From NCBI GenBank assembly GCA_030596365.1, contig JAUVKG010000001.1, forward strand, positions 1 to 44,600: a DNA stretch of 44,600 bases, written 5' to 3'. A program made the position numbers and the translations under genes. Shown here in pieces: positions 26,133 to 34,077 of the stretch. Under the pieces are notes generated by a model. The model saw only the letters and a list, made by a program, of their open reading frames with translations, did no database searches and was not told the origin of the DNA. Numbering within the stretch: position 1 is the first letter of the stretch; each line of letters opens with the position of its first letter. The DNA comes from Chlamydiota bacterium (GTDB lineage: Bacteria; Auribacterota; UBA3054; B51-G9).

Positions 26133-27019
26133 AAGAGTTCTGGTTGAATATCATTGTTTTTTTTACGAGTTGAAGAACGAAAGCCAAGATATTCAGTTAT
26201 TTTTAAAAATTTATTATTATCAGGTTCGCGTATAATTAAATCTTCAAATTTTTCCTTAACTGGAACATTACAATCAATTTTGATTAGATTTCTATATGCG
26301 TTAATATTAGCGGCAGCTTCCTGGAAGCTTTTCTTAATTGCCGGTTTCAGTTTATCAAGATTAGAATATATATTATCAATGGAATCGAGTTGATTCAGCA
26401 ATAGCTGAGCTGTTTTACAACCGACTTTTTTTACACCTGGAATGTTATCAGCAGTGTCACCCACCAGAGTAAGGTAATCAATAATTTGATCAGGTCTAAC
26501 ACCGAATTTATTAGTTACAGCAACGTTATCAATTACTTCCATAGATTTCATTGTGACGTTAAGCATCGCAATTTTATCATTAACAAGTTGACAAAGATCT
26601 TTATCAGCCGATGCTATGAGGACATTAACGTCATTTCCGGCTGCGGCAACAGCTAAAGTTCCGATAACATCATCAGCTTCGAATCCCGGATATTCAAGAC
26701 AGAGAATATTTAAAGCACGAATTAATTCTTTAATCCAGGGGATCTGTTCAGAAAGTTCAGCCGGCATAGGCGGTCTTTGGGCTTTATATTCCGGGAATTG
26801 TTCATGTCTGAACGTTGGTTTAGGAGTATCAAACAGCACAGCTATATAGTCTGGCGAAACCTGACTAATCATACGTTGGAGCATACGATTAAAGCCAAAT
26901 ACGGCATTAGTATGCACTCCGGCGCTGTTAGCCATTGGCGGAACAGCGAAATAAGCGCGATAAACGAACGCCATTCCATCTACAAGCAAAGTAGTTTTCA
27001 CAAGATTAGACAAATCCAA
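26129..27019 (-). CDS. stand-alone 5'-3' exonuclease (Pol I N-terminal/FEN-like domain)
   Basis: The motifs LLVDGMAFVYRAYFA, FDTPKPTFRHE, PGFEADDVIGTLA, SADKDLCQLV and LVGDTADNIPGV are present. No polymerase domain follows. Confidence 0.9.
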   Translation of the reverse strand: MDLSNLVKTTLLVDGMAFVYRAYFAVPPMANSAGVHTNAVFGFNRMLQRMISQVSPDYIAVLFDTPKPTFRHEQFPEYKAQRPPMPAELSEQIPWIKELIRALNILCLEYPGFEADDVIGTLAVAAAGNDVNVLIASADKDLCQLVNDKIAMLNVTMKSMEVIDNVAVTNKFGVRPDQIIDYLTLVGDTADNIPGVKKVGCKTAQLLLNQLDSIDNIYSNLDKLKPAIKKSFQEAAANINAYRNLIKIDCNVPVKEKFEDLIIREPDNNKFLKITEYLGFRSSTRKKNNDIQPELF

Positions 27020-27152
27020 GAAGAAAGTTTGACAGAAATAATTATCACATTAAACTGCGATAAAATAAATCCATATCTGCATCATAAATTATGATGTGAG
27101 AATGATTGCCGGCGGAGTCATCTCCGCCGTATCATAAAATTTAAATATTCAA

Positions 27153-29588
27153 TTATTGAGCAGAAGCAACATGGTGTGTCTGCCCTGACGGATCGATCAA
27201 TTTTGCTGTCAGGAAAACCAAGAGGTTAGACTTTTTAGACACTTCTGACTCACCTCTAAAGAATCTGCCTATTAAAGGAAGGTCGCCAAAAATAGGTGTT
27301 TTATCATGAGTTTTAATAATTTGGTCGTGCATTAATCCGCCCATAACAATTGTATCGCCATCATTAACTAAAACAGTAGTTTTTAATGATTGAACAAAGA
27401 ACTGAGGAAGTTCGTAAACATTATTTCTTGAAGATACAAACTGTCTGAAGCCGAGTAAATCAGAAACTTCCGGATTAATATCCAGTTCGATAGTTTGATT
27501 ATCTGCTTTAACAGAAGGAGTAACATACAATCTTGTACCATATTCTCTTGAATCCCATTCTTTTGGAGTAACGGCATAATCATAAACTACACTATACGCG
27601 TCACCAACATCTACATCCTGATCTTCCGCTTCTTCAATTGTTTTGTTATATCTTAAAGTAATTACGCTTTTAATTTCACCGCGCTGTCCGTTAAGGACGG
27701 TAATTTCCGGAGCAAAAATAGTATGAATACCTTCGGAATTATCTAAAGCATAGATAACTGAGCGAAATTTTGCAGGACCAATAACGCCGGAAATATCAAA
27801 CACTTTACCAAGCGGATCGTTCACGGTTTTTTCTTCCGCGTGCATTTTACCTAAATTTTGCTGATATGTGCTCAGAGTATTCAGGCTCGGAAGATAAGCA
27901 GAAGAAACAGTTGTTGTATAAGTTGAATACATATCTTGAAGCTGCTGTTCGTAAATAGGAGCCATTGTGCCGCCCTGCGAAATTACAGGTGAATAAACTT
28001 GAACCATATTTTGATAAGCTTTATATTCGGCACCTGCTTTCTGGCGTTGCTGTAAGACAACAGATTGCTGCTGTTCAATAGATGAATAAGCTGATTCGAT
28101 ATCATAAACATCTTTCTGGAGATAGGCGGGCATTTGAGGACGAAGAGCTTTTTCACGCAGGTAATCTTCGTATGGGTCGCCTGTAGAAACCAGTTCAGGT
28201 CTACTGTATGCTGAAGCGACAGGATCATAAGTATTTTCATTCATAAAGGATCTGATATATCTTAGACCCGGAGTAAGTTCTTTTTGTTTATTAGGAGCTT
28301 CAAGAAAGAATCTGTCTCCGTATTTAGAATCACGATTCCATCTATAATTTTTTGTAAGGAACTGTCTAAAAACAAGTTGATTCATATCATCGCTACGCAT
28401 AGTAACAAATCTTGCCTGGATTTTCACCTGAAAAGGAGTTTTACTGAATCTTTTAATAAATTCTTCTATTATTTTAAGATTTGCATCAGTATTTCTAACA
28501 ATAAGTCTATTGTTTCTGGTGTCGTAAGTAACGGTTGCACCTTCAGTTACCGGAATACCAATTTTCTCAAGAAGCTTAGTTACTTTCTTATTTGAGCTTC
28601 CTTCAACATCCGGCAGATCAATCATATCAAGACTACGAGACAACTGAAAGACTTTTCTTTTAAGAGTAACATTTTCTTTACTGTTAATAACAACAGCATT
28701 ATCATCTATTCGGTATGTAAGTCCTTTAACTTTACAAACATATTTAATAACTTCAATTAAAGGAATATTTGAAAGTTTAAGAGAAATAGTATCATTTTTT
28801 GATTCCGTAAGCTGTTTAATAGCTTCAGGATCAGTAACGATTGAGACTTTCGGATCACTAATTTGGAATAAATGTTCAAAAACAACAGGAAGCTGCGCAT
28901 CGACAAATTGAATTGAAGGTATTACTTGTTCAACATTCTTATCCATAAGTCTTTGTGTTAATCCACCGGCTTGACTAATGACATCTTCAATTTCTTTTTC
29001 ACGCCATGGTTTAATCAGCCATGCTTTTGAAATATCCTGCAAGCGTTCGCGTCTAACGATATCAAAATCATCAAGAGTGATTTTATTTAATTCTTCCTGA
29101 CAAGTTCTAATATATCGTCTTGCGGTAATATTATAAGGGTCTCTTTGAACGACTTCTTTGAAAGTATTTAGCGATTTTCTATATTCGCCTTCTCTATAAT
29201 ACTCGCGACCTTCGATCATGAGGACATTAATTTCCATATCGCCTTTTGAGCTTCTTTTTTGTATTTGAGTATTATAAGCGAACGCTTTTTTAACACGAGT
29301 CCAAAAGCCTTCTACATCCCCCACATCCTTAGGATTAGATTCATTAAGGTCAGTAACTTCATATCCCTGACTTTTTTCGTTCTTTTTATAAATGCTGGAC
29401 ATTTTATCCCAAAAAGAAACTGGCTCTTCATTTTGGGTTTCGCCTTTTTGCATTTCAACGTTATTAACTAAGTTCTGCTCTTTTTCAATAATATTATCAG
29501 ATTTTGCGTCATCTGCTGCAAAAGATAAAGAAACAATAAGCAGCGCCATAGTGGCAATGAAGAAATTTCGTGAGTGCAAGGTATTCAT
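27153..29588 (-). CDS. secretin-family outer-membrane channel protein (second of a tandem pair)
   Basis: A signal peptide is followed by one TPR-like unit. An N0/STN-like domain is present (IQFVDAQLPVVFEHLF...GLTYRIDDNAVVINSK), then a Secretin_N-like unit (RLIVRNTDANLKIIEEFIKRF). The C-terminal secretin motif is VLVNDGDTIVMGGLMHDQIIKTHDKTPIFGDLPLIGRFFRGESEVSKKSNLLVFLTAKLI. Confidence 0.8.
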   Translation of the reverse strand: MNTLHSRNFFIATMALLIVSLSFAADDAKSDNIIEKEQNLVNNVEMQKGETQNEEPVSFWDKMSSIYKKNEKSQGYEVTDLNESNPKDVGDVEGFWTRVKKAFAYNTQIQKRSSKGDMEINVLMIEGREYYREGEYRKSLNTFKEVVQRDPYNITARRYIRTCQEELNKITLDDFDIVRRERLQDISKAWLIKPWREKEIEDVISQAGGLTQRLMDKNVEQVIPSIQFVDAQLPVVFEHLFQISDPKVSIVTDPEAIKQLTESKNDTISLKLSNIPLIEVIKYVCKVKGLTYRIDDNAVVINSKENVTLKRKVFQLSRSLDMIDLPDVEGSSNKKVTKLLEKIGIPVTEGATVTYDTRNNRLIVRNTDANLKIIEEFIKRFSKTPFQVKIQARFVTMRSDDMNQLVFRQFLTKNYRWNRDSKYGDRFFLEAPNKQKELTPGLRYIRSFMNENTYDPVASAYSRPELVSTGDPYEDYLREKALRPQMPAYLQKDVYDIESAYSSIEQQQSVVLQQRQKAGAEYKAYQNMVQVYSPVISQGGTMAPIYEQQLQDMYSTYTTTVSSAYLPSLNTLSTYQQNLGKMHAEEKTVNDPLGKVFDISGVIGPAKFRSVIYALDNSEGIHTIFAPEITVLNGQRGEIKSVITLRYNKTIEEAEDQDVDVGDAYSVVYDYAVTPKEWDSREYGTRLYVTPSVKADNQTIELDINPEVSDLLGFRQFVSSRNNVYELPQFFVQSLKTTVLVNDGDTIVMGGLMHDQIIKTHDKTPIFGDLPLIGRFFRGESEVSKKSNLLVFLTAKLIDPSGQTHHVASAQ

Positions 29589-29639
29589 GGAACCTCCAAT
29601 TTATCGGTCATTATATAAGTTAAAAATTACTATTTGTAT

Positions 29640-32120
29640 TTACAAAGATGCTACAGTTTCATCATCAATAGATTCTTCATCAGTGTCCTGTGCCTGTTCT
29701 TCTGTTTCAGCTTTTTCGGCTTGTTTTTTGAGTTGTTTTTCACGCAGTTCTTTATAAGATTTTCCACCTGGTGTAACAATATTAGTTGTCACAAATATAA
29801 GCAGATTACGTTTATCCTGATATGAACCTTCTGCACGGAACAAACGTCCTACCAACGGTAAATCTCCCCAGAAGGGAACTTTATCATTATATTTTTTCAG
29901 TTCTTCCATTATCATTCCGCCAAGAACAATAGTTTCACCATCATTAACAACAACGTGAGTTTTTACTTCTGAAGTTTTAAATCTTGGAACAGATAATACG
30001 ATCGGCTCAATCGGCGGAATAATATTATCATTACCAACATAGACAGTTACCAGATGCGGCTCAATTTCTTCACTTACCTGAGCAGTAACTTCCATACTTA
30101 CAGTTTTGCCATTTTCGCCTATTGTTGGAGAAACAACAAGTTGAATACCAACATCTTCTTTTAAGGTACTTTCTACAGTTGCGTAACCGGCATAAGTACC
30201 TGCAACAGCATTCATGCTAAAGCCACCGAATATTCCACCGCCGCCCTGGCCTGTGAAATAAATAATAGCAGGTTTATAAACGGTATATTCATCAGGATAC
30301 ATAACTTCAGTAATTTGTCTTATACTGACACGCGACTGACCACTTACAGTAGTAATTTTAGGAGCTGAGAGAATATCTGTATCGGTCTGATTACTAATTC
30401 CATGAAATATCAAACCTATTTCAGGTGATGTTAATGCGCTTGTAAAGAAACCGATAACATTATCAGTAATCATGTTATTACCTTCACGAAGACCAACCAT
30501 GCCAAGACCTTGTTTTAAAGTGTCTGAATAACGGCTGTTTCGTCTTCCGGTTGCATATCTGCGAAGAGCTCCGGTAAGATCTGTCGGATTAATTATTCCT
30601 CCTTGCGAAACACCTGCACGATCGCTGCCACGGCTATAAATATTGAAAGGACTTTTAAGTTTCATTCCGATTGATAACTCTTCAAGGTTTTGATCACTTA
30701 TTAAAACGAAACGGGTTTGAATTTCCACCTGCAGTTGTTCTTCATCAGTACCAAGCTCTTTAATAAATCCATCGATTTCGTCAAGGATTCCCGGAGTTTG
30801 TCTAATAACTAATGTTCCGGTACTTGGTTCAAGAAATATAGTTGATCCTGCCGGCCAGCTTGGAACTGAGTTTTTAATCATACGTACGATTTCAGGTTCA
30901 ACAGATGCACTTTCGAATTCATCTCCTGTATCTTCTGTATCATCACCAAATAAATCAAATTCTCCTGTATCTTCACTTGTTGACGCTTTTTCTTCAGCTG
31001 TACTTAAAGCACGGGCAGAAACTGTCCAGAATTTTGTTTCCATTTCGCCTTCGCCTTTAGAAATAACGATGGCATACTGGTCAATAGTATAAGTTAAGCC
31101 TTGCTGTTCACAAACATACTGAATCGCCTGAAGAGCAGTAGGATTATAAAGTTCAATACTTGTAGTCTGTTCCTGCGAGGTGCCAAGGTTAACAATAATG
31201 CTTAATTCTGCAACTTCAGCGATATAATTAAGGACTTCCTGAATTTGCGCATCTTTAAAAGAAAGATTTTCAAGTTTAACATTGGCTTTCTGTATGATTG
31301 CCGCGCGGCGCTTCATTTCAGGTGAAAGTTCTTCTGTATCGTCTGCAGTTGTTGCTTCTACATATTCTTCGGGATGATGGAAAAAAGATTTTATTAAATC
31401 TTCCATTATCTGCCGACGTTCAATTCTTCTATCATCAGCAATTATTCTTCCCTGTTTTCTAATAAGTTCTTTAAGGAATCTTCTGGGCTGAGGATTTTCC
31501 GGTTCGATTTGTATAGCTTGTTTATAAGTGGCTTTTGCTTCTTCGCATCTGCTTTGAACTTCAAGGTCACGTGCCTGTTTCATATACAATCTACATTTTT
31601 CGCCATCGCTCATGCTTTCGGCAGCAATTTTGCCGATATTTTTTGAAACAGATTCTGTTATACGCTGTCTTGCAAGCAGTACGCCTTTAATTGCGACTTT
31701 ATTTTTCGGTTTATGAACGAGGGCTTCTCTGTACCATTTAGTTGCCGCTTCATAATCTCTTATAGCAATACGTGATTCTGCATATCCTATATAGACATCA
31801 AAAAGGATTGAGTTAACTTTAGATATTTTTGATTTTGCTGTAAGATTAGCCGGGTTTTTATTTAAAGCTTCTGTTAAATAATGATATGCTTTTTTATATT
31901 CACCCTGATTCATTGCTTTAATAGCCTGAGTTGTAATCTCTTCTGATTCAGCGCGCATTTCTTCTCTTTGCAGAGCTATTTGTTCAGCAAGTTGCGGAGA
32001 AAGTAATTTCGCTTTCTGTTTTAACGCTTCATCTATTGGTGACTGTGCAACTGCCAGTTGTGATAATAGCAGTAATGACAGTACGCCTCTTGAAATTGCT
32101 TTTAGGATGGGCTTTTTCAT
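29640..32120 (-). CDS. secretin-family outer-membrane channel protein with an N-terminal TPR region (first of a tandem pair)
   Basis: A signal peptide is followed by about 170 aa of TPR-like repeats. An N0/STN-like domain is present (FKDAQIQEVLNYIAEVAELSIIV...GLTYTIDQYAIVISK), then an acidic linker. The secretin C-terminus is VVNDGETIVLGGMIMEELKKYNDKVPFWGDLPLVGRLFRAEGSYQDKRNLLIFVTTNIV. Confidence 0.85.
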   Translation of the reverse strand: MKKPILKAISRGVLSLLLLSQLAVAQSPIDEALKQKAKLLSPQLAEQIALQREEMRAESEEITTQAIKAMNQGEYKKAYHYLTEALNKNPANLTAKSKISKVNSILFDVYIGYAESRIAIRDYEAATKWYREALVHKPKNKVAIKGVLLARQRITESVSKNIGKIAAESMSDGEKCRLYMKQARDLEVQSRCEEAKATYKQAIQIEPENPQPRRFLKELIRKQGRIIADDRRIERRQIMEDLIKSFFHHPEEYVEATTADDTEELSPEMKRRAAIIQKANVKLENLSFKDAQIQEVLNYIAEVAELSIIVNLGTSQEQTTSIELYNPTALQAIQYVCEQQGLTYTIDQYAIVISKGEGEMETKFWTVSARALSTAEEKASTSEDTGEFDLFGDDTEDTGDEFESASVEPEIVRMIKNSVPSWPAGSTIFLEPSTGTLVIRQTPGILDEIDGFIKELGTDEEQLQVEIQTRFVLISDQNLEELSIGMKLKSPFNIYSRGSDRAGVSQGGIINPTDLTGALRRYATGRRNSRYSDTLKQGLGMVGLREGNNMITDNVIGFFTSALTSPEIGLIFHGISNQTDTDILSAPKITTVSGQSRVSIRQITEVMYPDEYTVYKPAIIYFTGQGGGGIFGGFSMNAVAGTYAGYATVESTLKEDVGIQLVVSPTIGENGKTVSMEVTAQVSEEIEPHLVTVYVGNDNIIPPIEPIVLSVPRFKTSEVKTHVVVNDGETIVLGGMIMEELKKYNDKVPFWGDLPLVGRLFRAEGSYQDKRNLLIFVTTNIVTPGGKSYKELREKQLKKQAEKAETEEQAQDTDEESIDDETVASL

Positions 32121-32164
32121 CGTGTTTGCTCTACTCCGTGGTTATTTATTTGAGTAATTAATTA

Positions 32165-33136
32165 TTATTTAGCTTTTGCTTTATATTTTCTACCTTTAAC
32201 ATCAAATGTACATGACTTCTCATTTTCATCTAATGATTCAACTTTTGCTTTTTCTTTGTATTTAGGAAGATCAATTACATCATTTTTTCGTATGACAACC
32301 GGTTTTGCCCCGTCTTTTTTAGCCATAATTTCAGCTTCAACATAATCATAATAATTAGTTTCGCCGACGATTAAGGTAAACGGTGTGCCTGTTTTTATTT
32401 CAGTCATTGCAACTTCACTCTTATCTATATATTGCGTTGCACTAACCATACTATTCCATTTACCAACTTTTTTGAACGTTACTGTTCCTATTTCATAAAC
32501 GGGAGTAGTACCATCAGTAATTTTTTGACCTTCTTTCGTAAATTTTGTTTTTCCTTTGTATTTTAATTGAATAGACACCTTTGAAGCTTTCATAAGCATA
32601 ACAGGTCTTGACGGTCTATAAACTTTTAACAAAGTATAATCATCTAAAATAATATTAGGATCTGACGGGTCTTTAGGATTGCTGTTAAGTTTATATTCTG
32701 CAACATTGGTTATTCCGTCTTTGTCAGCATCTTCATTTGCATCATTTGGATTAGTCCAATCGAGCCCGTATTTCTGTTCCCATTTGTTATCCATTCCATC
32801 CCCGTCAGCATCTTTTTTATAATCTACAGTGGTGCCGCATTCAGGACAGATTCTGGAATATTTAGGCTGCAGTTTTTTACATTTGGGACAATACTGAAGA
32901 TCTTTATGCAAGAAAGAATTCGGGCTAAGCTTATCAGGAACTTCGCTTCCGGAAAGTTTTATAGATTCTTTATAACCTATAAGAAGGCTGCTATCTTTAA
33001 TTAGATCAGCGTTCTTGGCTTTTTCAAACGACCCGGATTCACTACCCGAAGTAAAAGAAATAGCTACTACAATAAGTGCTATAACCACAACGGCTGCCAG
33101 TAAAATCTTTTCCCAATGTTGCTTTAGTATATTCAT
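32165..33136 (-). CDS. bitopic protein with CxxC..CxxC zinc-ribbon, thrombospondin-type-3-like Asp-rich repeats and a beta-rich C-domain (PilP-like candidate)
   Basis: The TM helix is ILLAAVVVIALIVVAISF. The zinc-ribbon is CPKCKKLQPKYSRICPECG. The Asp-rich region is DADGDGMDNKWEQKYGLDWTNPNDANEDADKDGITNVAEYKLNSNPKDPSD. It sits between the PilO-like ORF and the secretins. Confidence 0.55.
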   Translation of the reverse strand: MNILKQHWEKILLAAVVVIALIVVAISFTSGSESGSFEKAKNADLIKDSSLLIGYKESIKLSGSEVPDKLSPNSFLHKDLQYCPKCKKLQPKYSRICPECGTTVDYKKDADGDGMDNKWEQKYGLDWTNPNDANEDADKDGITNVAEYKLNSNPKDPSDPNIILDDYTLLKVYRPSRPVMLMKASKVSIQLKYKGKTKFTKEGQKITDGTTPVYEIGTVTFKKVGKWNSMVSATQYIDKSEVAMTEIKTGTPFTLIVGETNYYDYVEAEIMAKKDGAKPVVIRKNDVIDLPKYKEKAKVESLDENEKSCTFDVKGRKYKAKAK

Positions 33137-33158
33137 CAGTCAATAAGTATGTTATTCG

Positions 33159-34037
33159 TTATTTTTTTTCTGATTTAATCTTGCTGTCAGCTTTGTCATC
33201 GAAATCAAGTTGAATATTATCAACAAGAAGCTGGACAGACAAAATTTCAGTTATGTCCGAAGGGTCACTAACTTCACCCATAGACTGTACTTCAAGTTTA
33301 TTAGTTATTTTGGCAAGTCTGTAAAAGTAGCCTTTATTTCTTATTCCGGCAAGTATAGTATACAAGCTTTCCGGTTTAGTTCTAAATTCAAATTGAACAG
33401 GAACAGCATCATAAAGTTCTTTTTCTTCTTCTGCTTTTTTAGATACTCTTCCTGTAGGTTCATCGTCAAACATTTCTTCATCATCATCAATGTCATCATT
33501 TGACATTCCGGCAGGATTTCTGTCTATAACAGTTATTTCTTCAACTTGCGCGTTATCAGAGCAAAGGACATCAAGTACATCTTTGATAATAACGAACTGT
33601 CGGGTTAATTTGGGTAAATCGGATGTTTTTGGAACGTTTGGACCAAGATATTCAGACCAACCGATATCTTCCGGTATTCTGATATTTTTTTCTGTGCTTA
33701 AATCTACGATTTTATCTTTAGTATCTCTGATTTCTGCTTTAATACTTGAGGGATTAAAAACAGGCAGTTTTTTCTTAGGAGCAACTTTAATCATCTCATC
33801 ATTTATGCTGTTCAGCTCTTCAAGTTTCTCCTCATAAGCTTCAACAAGTTTTTTTGTGGGTGCTCCGCCATATTTTTTTGTTATGGACTTGTATTGCGAT
33901 TTTGCGCTTTCAATGTCATCGCACGCTTCCTGCGAACTACTAACAGCGCCGCGCCACATTATAATTCCAACTATTAATAATATAACTGCTCCCGCGAGAG
34001 CAATTAAAAAGCCTTTGTTTTTGTTCAGATCAAGCAT
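33159..34037 (-). CDS. bitopic coiled-coil protein (PilO-like / Amuc_1100-like candidate)
   Basis: An N-terminal TM helix (GFLIALAGAVILLIVGIIMW) is followed by a predicted coiled coil, an acidic tract (DDIDDDEEMFDDE) and a C-terminal alpha/beta region. The assignment rests on position and topology only. Confidence 0.45.
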   Translation of the reverse strand: MLDLNKNKGFLIALAGAVILLIVGIIMWRGAVSSSQEACDDIESAKSQYKSITKKYGGAPTKKLVEAYEEKLEELNSINDEMIKVAPKKKLPVFNPSSIKAEIRDTKDKIVDLSTEKNIRIPEDIGWSEYLGPNVPKTSDLPKLTRQFVIIKDVLDVLCSDNAQVEEITVIDRNPAGMSNDDIDDDEEMFDDEPTGRVSKKAEEEKELYDAVPVQFEFRTKPESLYTILAGIRNKGYFYRLAKITNKLEVQSMGEVSDPSDITEILSVQLLVDNIQLDFDDKADSKIKSEKK

Positions 34038-34077
34038 TTTCGTCTGTTTCTCTGTTGTTGCGAATAATTCCGCATTA

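Noticed and set aside
27110-27129. The hairpin CGGCGGAG-TCAT-CTCCGCCG downstream of the second secretin, considered as an intrinsic terminator.
   Set aside because: The 8-bp stem is strong, but no U-tract follows on the minus strand (GGCAATCATTC). It is more likely another REP-like hairpin. A similar case is CCAAAGCA-AGGA-TGCTTTGG at 20925-20944.
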